64,000 nt of DNA from Octopus sinensis. Taxonomy: Eukaryota. The position numbers were made by a program, and so were the translations under genes. The DNA lies in contig NC_043019.1 in the NCBI RefSeq assembly GCF_006345805.1, positions 9,919,360 through 9,983,359 on the forward strand. The letters run 5' to 3'. This document shows positions 23,072-35,039 of this stretch, in pieces. How positions within the stretch are numbered: position 1 is the first letter of the stretch; every line of letters starts with the position of its first letter. Under the pieces are notes generated by a model. That model was not told the origin of the DNA. It saw only the letters and a program-made list of their open reading frames with translations, and searched no databases.

Positions 23072-23099
23072 TTTTGCTTTCAATAGTTCGTAAAGCCAT
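23072..23099 (-). CDS. Candidate first coding exon MALRTIESK plus a phase-1 intron (speculative)
   Basis: caagcATGG start context and AA|GTAAGC donor in non-repetitive sequence downstream of GA/CA-rich DNA; no partner exon found. Confidence 0.2.
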
Positions 23100-24039
23100 G
23101 CTTGTGGTTGATGCGTACAGCTGCTAACAATCGTCTGTTTACTTAACACACCAGCTTGAGTGGTACTGATGCGACGTACCGTAGCGCCATCACATGATAC
23201 CTCTCCCACTTTTAGCAGTGCCACTACCTCCACTACCTTTAACCACTATTTCTCTCTCTACTATTATTGTTACAGCAACCATTTGGCAGTTACTAGTTCG
23301 TGGAGGGTTCAACTATAGCATAAACTAGTAGGAGTGACAGCCAGAGGTTTTCTTTCTCCTTTTCTTTCTGTGATTTTGTTTTGTTCTCCTCTACTTCTTT
23401 TCAAATTGTAAATAACTGTTGCGGTGGGGAAGGCAACTTTTGACCAGTCAAGGATTAAAATGAATTAATGAATAGAAAGAAGAAATAAAATAAAAAATGA
23501 TTGTCATGAAAGAGAAGAGAGAAAGGGAGAGAGAGAGAGGGAGAAACAGAGGAAAGGATATCACTTTCTTTGTCTACTTTTTCTTTTTCTCTGCCTTCTT
23601 TCTCTCTCTCTCACAACACACACACACACACACACACACACAGAAGGAATGCATATGTATGTGTGTGTGTGAGAGAGAGAGAGGAAGAACCAGAGAGAGA
23701 GAGACGAAAAAGTTAAACAACATTGTTGTTAAGAGCGCTCAGTGGTAATTAAAACAAGCAAAACTTGTGTGCGCACACACACACACATATATAAATATAA
23801 ATATAAGCATAATTACAAAGATATATGCACATACCTACATATATATCTATATATGGGTACAGAACATTAAAAAAAAACGTTGAACACAATGAGAAATGAA
23901 AACATAAAAACAAAAACATAGAAACGAACTTTTTTCGAACAACGAAAAAAACAGAAACAAGACATGAAACACAAAGAATATTCCCCTTCATCAGGTGTCC
24001 CTGTTTCATCTACGCGTAAAGGAAACAGATTATATCTAT

Positions 24040-24990
<951 letters not shown>

Positions 24991-25345
24991 CACGGACAGA
25001 CAGGTAAAGAAATGTTTCACTAGCCATTATGTCAGCGAAAGAAATCTTCAAATAACGAAGAAGCGTTTACATAGTCTCTAGACATGCTAGATATATCGAC
25101 CAAATCTCCCTCTACCTTAAAAGTAGCGTAACGAAATTCTAGAATTTGGATAAAGAAACGAACGGAATAGCTTTCGTCTTTAAGGGCCCACCTGGGCTTA
25201 AACCACCACCATAGACATCAATAACGACATCAACAACACTATCAGCAACATCACCTGCACCGAGAGCTCAACCTATGTTACTAACATTTGTATGACCACC
25301 AACACCAACACCACAACCACTTCCAACGACATCCAACGTCTAACA

Positions 25346-25660
25346 CATTCTCTCGAGGCGAGACTTCTCACCACTTTTGGTGTGCTTGCTCGGCTGGTTT
25401 GCAATCCTTGTCCGTCGTCTCATAAGAATCTTCCTTTCCCTTGGGATCTTGTTTTTGTGTGTACTGGCCCTGCACACTGGGACATATTTGTCACATATGG
25501 TTTGTATTATAGATATGAAACATTAGTGTTTTATGTCAATGTCTGGTGTTGAAAGACATTTAGGCCAATCCTGTTTGAGGATCTCTTTCTCAATCAATTT
25601 CCAATCTGCTTTATGAAAGTTTAGTTTCGAGAGATTGTGGATGCTTCATATAGGCTGTAT
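25346..25660 (-). mobile_element. CR1/L2-group LINE linker fragment
   Basis: Close reverse complement of 18195-18510. Confidence 0.85.
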
Positions 25661-25824
25661 AGCCACAACCATTACAAAACCCTGCCAGGATGGGTAATAA
25701 CTGCTATATTTTTGGGGAAGAATGTGGTTCGGTGAGAGCAGCTTCAGTTACAATTCGGTACCTCGGGTTCGTAAGAAGTATTGTTTTAGAAAATGTGCTT
25801 ATAATGTGTGAAAAAAGATTGTTT

Positions 25825-27250
25825 TCAAGTTATACAGACAGCAGTTTTTGTAGGAAATGAGCCGTCGTCGTGAGTACTGTTTTCTGAATTTCTCCCATTT
25901 TTGGACTTCCTGGGAGTAGGTAATAACCAGACCCTTTTGTTATTATTCGTAGGGCAATTACAACCACGAGTATTGTTTTAGTCTTGAGGTTCCACATTTT
26001 ACTAATTTCTATTTCAAGCTCTTTGTACTTGCTCAACTTTTGGTAGGTCTTGACAGATAATTTATGTCGATTGGAACAGTCATATCGATGAGGAGACAAT
26101 GATTTTCGTCAGAATTCCTTCAATATAATATCTGCTCTATTTCGTCCATCTTTGTGTCAACTTGAACAGAAAAGTTCCACAGAAGTGAGATATTTTTCTC
26201 AAGCACTGGAAATGGTTTGTGTTCCCAACAGTTTTTTTTTATCATGGAGTAGGTTCATGTCCTTGCAAATTACTCAGTGAATAAACTCTGCCGCTCTATC
26301 ATGGCTGTTGAGATACTCTGGAGGTGCAAGAAGGCTGCGCATCGAGACAATATGATCTATGGTTTCAATCTGCTGTTTACATACACAACATGTTGGACTA
26401 CTGCCGTTCCTTAACATGTTGGTCTGGTAGTTTCTTGCAGGTAAGCATTGGTCCTGGGCTGCTGTGATAAACCTTTCTATTTCTGATTTTAAGCTACACG
26501 ACGCTAACCACTAATGGGTAAGCTGTCTTTGAGTATTTACCATGAAGTAGCTTTTCCTGCCATTTGTTGTTAAGATTATTTATGGCTGCATTTTTAGCAA
26601 AAGTTTTCTTTTGTTTAGCCTTTTATGTTTGTTGATGGCTTATCCATTTCTGGGCTTGTCCATTTCTTGTAATTCTTCGTGCTTGTTGTGTTACTAAATA
26701 TAATTTTATGCTGTTTTCATACTTCAAGACAAGTTTTAGCATCCAGTCCTCCGAATTTTTCGAATAAGAGTTTAAGCCAATAGTGGCAGTTTTCAGTGAC
26801 ATTTCAAGTTGTAGGAGTCCATGGCTTCCTCTTCTTCGTAAATAGAGTCTTTTGATGTCAGCTATGGGATGGTGCATTATATTCATTGTCAAAAATTTCC
26901 GAATTTTTTCTATCAAACTTACAGATTTCACCACTTGCTTAAGTAATTATATTGAGACTGTAAGTTACGACCGGTATTGTTTAAGTATTAATTGCTTCTA
27001 TGCATGTTTCTTGCATTTAGCCCTGTCTTGAATATTGCTCTTACCCTATGATAACATCCTTTTCAAATCTTATCCCTCGTTGTTGAACGCTTGATTCCAT
27101 CGCCTTCATATACCCCCCAAGTATTTATAACCTTCCTCTAGTTCTAACTCCAGTATAGCAGTTTGTTGATCAAAATTAGATATTTTTGACAGTTTATCTC
27201 TGATCAACTTAGCTTTCTGTGCATTTGTCAAGGCCAAATTCCATCATCAA
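25825..27250 (-). mobile_element. R4/Dong-clade LINE remnant (RT end, CCHC finger, restriction-like endonuclease)
   Basis: EFGLDKC, YKYLG, ADIKRLYL, LHGKY, C.VCKQQIETIDHIVS, KLSKYKELEIEISKMW, IQKTVL; many stops and frameshifts. Confidence 0.82.
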
Positions 27251-28164
27251 AACCTACAACACCAATAACAACGTAGACGGTACCGGTGTTTACAGTTGTG
27301 GCATCATCCGTAGCGGTAAGACCGGCAGCAGCTGCAGCAGAAGCGGGAGTAATAATAACAGCAGTGGTAGCAGCAGTAGCAGCAGCAACAGTAGCAACGA
27401 AAACAGCCCCATAGCACAATCATCGCCGTCCTGCGTCACCACCAACATCAACAAAAAAATTAACAGAAAGGACCACCCAAGGCGTCTCTCAACCTAGCTC
27501 TCCTTCTCTCAAACATTCACACAAACACAAACACACTCCCAACTGTATCCGGGACAGATCCCACAGACACAAGTACCTCCACATCTCGAAGTAAAAATGA
27601 GGAGACCCCCAAAACTAAAGAAACAAAAAAGAAAACAGAGAAAAAAAGATACATAGCAGAAAACAGAAAATGCTCTAGCAACAAATATAGGTACATCAAC
27701 AACATCAACCTCACCAATAGCACAAGCATTAACACAATCACACTTATCACCACCAGTACCACCAATGCTACCACTATCACAACTACCCACAGAAAGAATA
27801 CAAACACACAATAACAGCCAACCACACAGACACCAAAAACCATGTTAGTGAGGAGAGCCAAAGAAGAATTGATGAGCCACATAACACTGCGTAAAGACTT
27901 TGAGAGAAGGGGTGATCTTCTGCATCAGCACTTTTAAAGTTTCACATACTCTAAAGTTGGTGCGCATGTCTCGATACATACAAAACATTAGGGAGAGTTT
28001 CCCGACGAGTTGGGAACCCCAGTATAAAACCACCAGTAAACTTTTAACGAGGGTCCCAAAGGTACCCTAGCCGGATACAGAGATTGGGCCAGCCGTCCTG
28101 AAATAGCACGAGGAGGGTAAGCAACTCCACTCTTAATTTTCTCTGAATTCTTTCACTCCAGCAT

Positions 28165-28755
28165 AGTGACTTTTAGAATACATGGTATAAACAGACGTGG
28201 CCTAAGGTCATCTCGGAAGCAAGGTCGCTTGCTCAACGACCTCAGCTCATTAGCTCTGGATGTAACAGCCGTCAGCGAAACTTCGCATCCCTTTATTTAC
28301 CTTGAATAGGAGGTGAGTGATAGTGTTGCTTATCAAAGGTCTGTACCTCTAGGTACGGATGACTTTTCTGGACCTAGATGGTAATTTGATGGTCCTGGAT
28401 GTGAGCAACAGCGAAGGTGGTGCTTTTGAACTAGCCACTGTGTAGGCCCCGACTAGGAAGAGACAGCCGGGTTTCTTCAGACGTTGGGAAGTTTTGCTTG
28501 AAACGTCTCCCTCTTTTGTATTAGTGGGAAATTGGAACGCCATCTTGGACGCACGCCTTGATTGTGTGGGGCTATCATGTAGGAGAGGAAGTGTAAAAGC
28601 TTTGCAAACTTGCTCAGTTGCTCAGTCAGGTGACAGGTGCCAACTGGATTTTCCGAATGCGCCAATGTGAACATGAGCAATCAATATCGGGTCATCCAGA
28701 TCGCATAGGGTATTATTTTGTAGGCCACTAGATAGAAGTAGCATAATTAGTCCAT
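28165..28755 (+). mobile_element. Tx1/L1-clade LINE endonuclease remnant
   Basis: GIN.RGLRSSRKQGRLLNDL..LDVTAVSET; VLVGNWNAILD. Confidence 0.7.
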
Positions 28756-29435
28756 AATTCCTCACTGCAATAAGAAGACCTCCTCCTCCATTTAGAAGAC
28801 TATCCGTAGGGAAGGCCTCGACATTCGCTTTGCCCATTCAGGAACACCGGCAATTTACTTATAAAAGAGGCTCTGCTGATCCACCGCCTCAACCAAAAAG
28901 ATCGGAGTTGAACATCTCCCCTATGACAGCATCCAGCATGTGTTGAATGGCCCACAACAGCAGCTGAGATTGTTTACACTAACACTCGGACAGTCGGCAG
29001 CACTTAAAGGGTGACTAATACTGTTACTGCTGCTACTACTACCGTTACTGCTGCTACTACTACTACAGATGGTGTGTAGCTTATAGCAACAGTTGAGAGT
29101 TTGCATCAACGCGTGGAGTGTCGATTACACCTACGTTTGGAGAGTGACTGCTGCTGTTACATAATGCTAGGGAATTTGAGTTAACGGAACCTACAGAGCT
29201 GGACTTTTCTCAGACTGTTCTTTTCTTCAGATGATGGCCCTTTGCGCCTGAAATATAAAGGTTTTATTAAACTTTCCACATTGTAAGGAAGCTTTCTATT
29301 TTCTCTCTTTTCAGTTTTTCGATATTACAAGGCTTCAAGCGAACTACAACGCTCTTACACACACACACACACACACACAAAAGAATGGAGAGTGCTGAAA
29401 TAGGTAGTGAAGGGGAGGTTCAGGGGTAAAGTACG
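28756..29435 (+). mobile_element. Penelope-like deletion derivative (3' part), copy 1
   Basis: IRFAHSGTP joined to KEALLIHRLN (GIY-YIG end); nearly identical to 45058-45715. Confidence 0.75.
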
Positions 29436-29814
29436 TTGCTGTTCCAGTTTTAGCTTGCATTTCAGTTGCTTTACTGCTTTTGTGGGTTCTTCTTTTTCTT
29501 CATAGTTGTTAGGTACTATGACTTCTATTTCGTATTTGTCAGCTTCCTCAAAGACTGAAAATGGTTTTTTTTATTTTATTCGTGTTTTGTTGCTAATTGT
29601 ATTAGCTTTCCTTGCTTCTATAACATTATCATTATTATTATTATTATTATTAAATTCAAATTTCGATGAACGTAAATAAACAAACGAAGTTTGCTTTAGA
29701 AGCGTTGAGATGTCTTGAAAAGTTAAAGAAGTGATTTTAAATTCTCAAACGCAGGATAAGGCTAATAATATAGCCTGAACAGGATAAGCTACCCCTATTT
29801 TGCAGAAAAAAGTG

Positions 29815-29851
<37 letters not shown>

Positions 29852-29878
29852 ATTATTATTATTATTATTATTATTATT

Positions 29879-30433
29879 GAGTGAGAGAGCAGTGCATGCC
29901 ATCAAAGTGACACTGGGGTAAAAATATACAAAGCCCAGTATACCCATCATGACTACCCGTCTGATAAGGGTACACTAGGCACATGCATCACAACCATGTG
30001 TGCGCGACATGGTGATCTTATATCAAGACAAACAGCGCATGACCTTGCAGGTGGTGCCCAGTTAGAATTTTCTTCTGGTCGAGTAGCCCATCCTGCTCAA
30101 AAGGTCCCTGAATAAGGGTTGTTTAAGGATGTTGAACGAAACACCCATGTTTCCAGAGATGAATAATTCAAACCCCAAAGAATCCATCTCAACACATGGC
30201 TATGATGCTCCCATACTACTTCTGCTCGTGATCAGAGATGCACATATCGTCAGCCACTAAGGGACATGCTCAACTGGTTAAGGTCAAACAACTGACAAGC
30301 AAATCTGTGGTATTGAGCAGACTATTTGCTGTAGCCCATCTTTTATACCAAGACAAAACAATGTACATGATAAAACTTCCAATCAGTTAAGACAAGAAGC
30401 CATGAGAGCCACTGCCTGGTACTGCATCAGGGC

Positions 30434-30435
<2 letters not shown>
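29879..30435. mobile_element. ~557-bp non-coding interspersed repeat flanked on both sides by (ATT)n, copy 1
   Basis: Reverse complement of 61322-61917; (ATT)n arrays at 29815-29878 and 30436-30532. Confidence 0.85.
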
Positions 30436-30484
<49 letters not shown>

Positions 30485-30801
30485 CATTATTATTATTATT
30501 ATTATTATTTTTATTGTTATTATTATTATTATTCCATCGTAACACAGTGTAGGTAAAAATGCACCGAAGTCTTTAGTCATCTGTCAAGTCACAACAAGGA
30601 CCTCAGGCAGTTAATATTTCCCTTAAGATGTACACTGAGCCCAAGAAGTAACTCAAGCGTCCGTAGTTTAGTTCATAGCATGTGTTTAATATTCGCCATG
30701 TACAGAACTTTCAGTTTTTGAGTCACTTTTAAACTTTTCTGCTAATTAAAAAAATGTATATTTGTTTATCTTTTCTTTAAATCATCGTAATCATGTATAT
30801 C

Positions 30802-30946
30802 GTGATTGAGTGGTAAGAAGCTTGCTTCCCAACCACATGGTTCTGGGTTCAGTCCCACTGCGTCGCACCTCGGTTAAGAGTCTTCTACTATAGCCCCAAG
30901 CCTTGCGAGTAGATCTGGTAGACAGAAAGTGAAAGAAATCCGCCGT
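30802..30946 (+). mobile_element. 5' (tRNA-like) half of SINE family 1
   Basis: gagtggtaag A-box-like and ggttcagtccc B-box; matches 55920-56075. Confidence 0.8.
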
Positions 30947-31097
30947 ATATATGTGTGTGTGTGTGTGCGTGCGTGCGTGTGTGTGTGTGTTTGTGTGTGT
31001 GTGTGTTTGTGTGTGTGCATGCGTGTGTGTGTATGTGTGTGTGTATGTATGTATTAGAGACCAAAGTGTACGTACGTCGCTATATTTATATATATAA

Positions 31098-31751
31098 AAA
31101 ATACAAAAGTGTGACAAGAACTCAAAACATCCAGACAGACGATACAAAGATAACAAAGTCGGGTCATTCGGAGTTTTCTTTCCTCAGTTGAGTTTCAGAT
31201 TATCTTTGCAATTTTGGCTAGTTATACTCGAGATTGCTCCAATCTGGCTAGCCCCAAGGAAAAACTAAGCTAAGAGCACTAGATTCCCACTACCTCTCTC
31301 TCTTCTCTCCCCATGTGACCGGTGTTCGGCCAAGTTTGACCTTTCTTGGTTCGACTACCATCCGTGCAACATCTATATGCCTCCCTGTGCCTGTCAAATC
31401 TTATGTCCCTGCCGTAAGGCTTTACTTCCACATACGCCAGCTTAATTTAATTCGTCCTTAGTCGAAAGACACCCGTTGTTAATGTCCTGTTATTTGTAAT
31501 TGTGTACCATTTCTCCGTTTTTTTCGGTCCTTGTTTTCGTATACATTCGCTGCTTTCTCCAAGGAATCTATTGCTCTTAGCTTAGTTTCTCTTTGGGGTT
31601 GGCCAGATTGCAGCAATCTCGAGTATAACCAGCCGAAATTGCAAAGATAATCTGGAACTCGACTAAAGAAAGGAAAGGAAACTCCGAACGACCCGTCCTT
31701 GTTTTCTTTGTTTCGTCTGTCTGGATGTTTTGCGTTCATGTCCCATTTTTG

Positions 31752-31757
<6 letters not shown>
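31098..31757. mobile_element. 660-bp element with ~190-bp inverted arms in a (TA)n context (PLE-type inversion or MITE)
   Basis: 31098-31287 is a diverged reverse complement of 31563-31757. Confidence 0.75.
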
Positions 31758-31829
<72 letters not shown>

Positions 31830-31859
31830 CGGGCTTCTTTCAGTATATGTGTGTGTGTA

Positions 31860-32055
31860 TGTTCTACTGTTTGACAAACCGGTGCTGGTGTGTTTACGTT
31901 CCCCGTAAGATAGCGGTTCGACAAAAAGTTCGATAGAATAAGTACCAGACTTAAAAAGTGTACTGTGGTCAATTCATTCGGCTAAAAATTCTTGAAAGCG
32001 GTGCCCCAGCATGGCCGCGGATTAATAACTGAAACAAGTAAAAGATAAAAGATTT
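31860..32055 (+). mobile_element. 3' half of SINE family 1
   Basis: ggtgtgtttacg...gatagaataagtac...gcggtgccccagcatggccgc..ctgaaacaagtaaaag. Confidence 0.8.
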
Positions 32056-32519
32056 TCATGCTTAAACAGGTTTTATTCTCTTCTCTACAAATGCATTAAA
32101 GCATATGCCAGAGAACGGAAACCGCTCTTACAGTAGCCTCTCTTAACAAATAAGATTTATCACATCGAGGTGAGAACTAGAACGGTGACAGTAGCGGTGG
32201 CATCGGTGACACCATATTTATAAACACATCATCTTTCGCCTCATTTAAGCATGATACGGAATGTTTACCGGCTTGTTTCAATACCACCATAACCACCACC
32301 ACCATAACCACCGCTGCCATCATCATTATCATCATCATCATCTTTCATGCTTCGATGGTTCGTTTTAATAAGAAATAATTAGCAAATAATTAACTATATA
32401 AATAAATAAAAGTAATTTACTACTTTATTTTTGTTTTGCCGAAAATAGATTTAAAAGGGTAAGTTACGAGAGATTAAATTGAGTGAGTATTAAGTGAATT
32501 CAGTCATTTTTACTTCTTG

Positions 32520-32862
32520 ATCTTTTACTTGTTTTTTTTTTTATCTTTTGTGTGCTGGGACACCGCTTGAAGGGTTTACTCAAACACATCACCCCCCGCC
32601 CCGAACATATTTATATAAAGGCAAGCCCTATTTATGTCGGTCTCTTTGGCCGGACAGCTTCGTCGTGGGAACATAAGCAAATCAATACTGATCGCTAAGC
32701 GGTGGTGGTGGACAAACCTAAGTTTACGTCTACGAAATCCACTCACAAGACTGGTTGGCCTAAGGCTATCGATGAAGACACTCGCCCAAATTGCTACTCT
32801 GTGGGACTAGACCCGGAACCATGTGGTTGAGAGGCAAACTTATTACACAGCTACTTCTGCGT
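32520..32862 (-). mobile_element. Old, degenerate SINE family 1 copy
   Basis: aatccactcacaag, gaagacact.gcccaa, gtgggact..acccggaaccatgtggttg. Confidence 0.65.
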
Positions 32863-33039
32863 TTGTTCAACTTCTGTTTGAATTAATTATATTGACTTAA
32901 AAATTAATTATCTTTTATAATTCACATGTTGCTGTTGTTGTGTAATCACAGATTGACTCTGATAGAGTTGTACGGAAACAAACACTGGAGTTGGTCCTTT
33001 TTTTTTTGGTGGTGGGGGAGTTGCTTCTTTCGATGGTCT

Positions 33040-33740
33040 GAAGCCATCCCTCCTCGTGATGCTTTGGCACACCGCGTGCACGCTTTGGCACACCTGCTGC
33101 CATCACAACAGGCCGGAGACGTCAGTTGGAATCCAGTCTCTTTTCGGAATAGACATACCTCTTAGTTTGCAAAAGCTCTCCTACAACTCTTTACCATCCT
33201 GCAGCAAATGGTATGGTGGAACGGTTAGAGCTCATCACGACAAATGCAACTGGCTGGACTACCTACCCCTCGTTCATTTTGGAATTGGTTCTACTGTCAA
33301 AGGAAAAATTGGTACTTCTCCGGCTGAAATAGTGTATGGCACAACACTTTCTTTACCTGGACAAATGATCGGTCCTGTTCCTCATAAGGACAGTCCAGAC
33401 CCAGTAAACTACATTCATTGTTTGCAGAGCTACATGTCACAAATGCCATCTATTGCTCCTCCAACTATCCATCGGATATTCAGCAATGGATTCGTGTGTT
33501 TGCGCGGAGCAATGCTATTCGACCTCCACTTCAGCCATCGTATTCAGTAGAACGCCAAAGTATTTTGTCGTGGATAAAAATAGCCGAAAAGACTCGGTCA
33601 GCATCACCTTGAGTCTGAAAGATCAACTACACCACCTGATGAGACAACAGAAGTACATTCTTCAACTGATACCTCCACATCTGCTCCAATGACGACAACG
33701 AGATCGGGTCGACGAGTTTACTGGCCTTCTCGGTTTGTGC
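33040..33740 (+). mobile_element. Gypsy/Ty3 LTR-retrotransposon integrase remnant
   Basis: YHPAANGMVER; WLDYLPLVHFGI.ST.K..IGTSPAEIVYGTTLSLPG; NAIRPPLQPSYS; TTRSGRRV; no LTR seen. Confidence 0.8.
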
Positions 33741-34425
33741 AGTAGAGTGCGTAAAAAAAAGGGAAATTTTTCTGTCAATATTACGCTGGCCTTACATATA
33801 TATATATCTGTTTTGCTTTTATTTTTCAGATTTTTCAGATTTTTATTTTTCCAAACTTGTTTTAACATAGACTTGTACAGTTCTTCATGCATTAGACATA
33901 TTTTCCACGAAAACATCTTCTGATAGTACTCTGCAATTTAACCCACTGTTTTAATCTTACATTTACCCTTTTCTAACGCATGCTTCTTTTCTACACTTCA
34001 CATCTGCCTTTGCTGCAATATTCTTAGACTGCTTGTGCGTAGATGAGAGATTAGGAGATCGATAGTGAGTGAATAAATATGTGTCCACTGTTAGTTACTG
34101 TTTGGTTGTTGACTATTGCAGAATGTTCGTGCTGACCAGTCCTGCATAAGTGCGTTTGCTCTTTGTTCTCTGCTATCTGTCACTGTGTATGACTATGCTC
34201 ATTTGAGCATCTGGTAGTAGTTCGCCACCCTTTTATAGGTTGTGTTTAGCTTAATCAAATATCGAAGGACTTTCAGTAAACAACGGCTTCATTAGAAAAA
34301 ATTTTACTAACATCAGTTATTAACTTTGATGTGTAGGTTATGAAATTCATTGACTAGTTATTTTCATAATGTCACTAATCAAAGATTGTTATAGACTTGT
34401 TTATGAAGGTTTAACACACACACGC

Positions 34426-34473
<48 letters not shown>

Positions 34474-34487
34474 ACCCGAGAGTTGCT

Positions 34488-34640
34488 TATTTGGATGGCC
34501 GTTGGCTCTTTAGAATTTATCCATCCTTTGACAGGTCTCGTATTTATTCCTGCAAAGTGACTAAATAGCAAGAAAACCACCCTCCTCGCAAAGCAAGCTC
34601 TGTGGGGTTACAGGTTTAGTCGCCGACGGCCCGACATCTG
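34488..34640 (-). mobile_element. Diverged copy of the R4/Dong 5' UTR found at 62460-62612
   Basis: Reverse complement aligns: gtcgggccgtcggcgactaaacctgtaacccca versus gtcgagtcgtcggcgacgaaaccggtaacccca, with similarity continuing to caacggccat. Confidence 0.65.
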
Positions 34641-35039
34641 GCACCTGTGCAGAAAGAAAAAAAAAGAAAGGTTGAGTCTGCAAGACAGAGGTACAGGGAG
34701 CAAAGGGGAGACACAACGGATTTTTAACAGTAGTTTTAGTTGTAGAAGATGAGAGGCTTAAATAAACCGTAGGGCAGCGTAGTAGTTAATGCTGCTTATT
34801 ACTAGGGTTGTTATTTTATTTTACTTTATTTTATTACATTTTGGGCTTTTGCCTAAGGACAAAATCGTGCGGCATATGACTATTCACATGAGCTGTTCGG
34901 TTTATCTGGTCGTGGTTGGCGGTGTGGGTGGAAAGAACGGGAGTAAACTGAAAGTTATAGGTACCTAGGTAGTGGATTAGAGAATAAAAAACAATAAAAT
35001 AGCATGTTTCTGCGATCCCACAGGTGCCAAGACGTATTG

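Noticed and set aside
27240-27900. Ser/Asn/Thr-rich ORFs here and at 42614-42893
   Set aside because: (AGC)n/(AAC)n low-complexity sequence with no domain signal or splice evidence
31160-31192. CUGAGGA in the arm of the inverted element
   Set aside because: Followed by GAAU rather than GAAA, not conserved in the other arm, and no stem I
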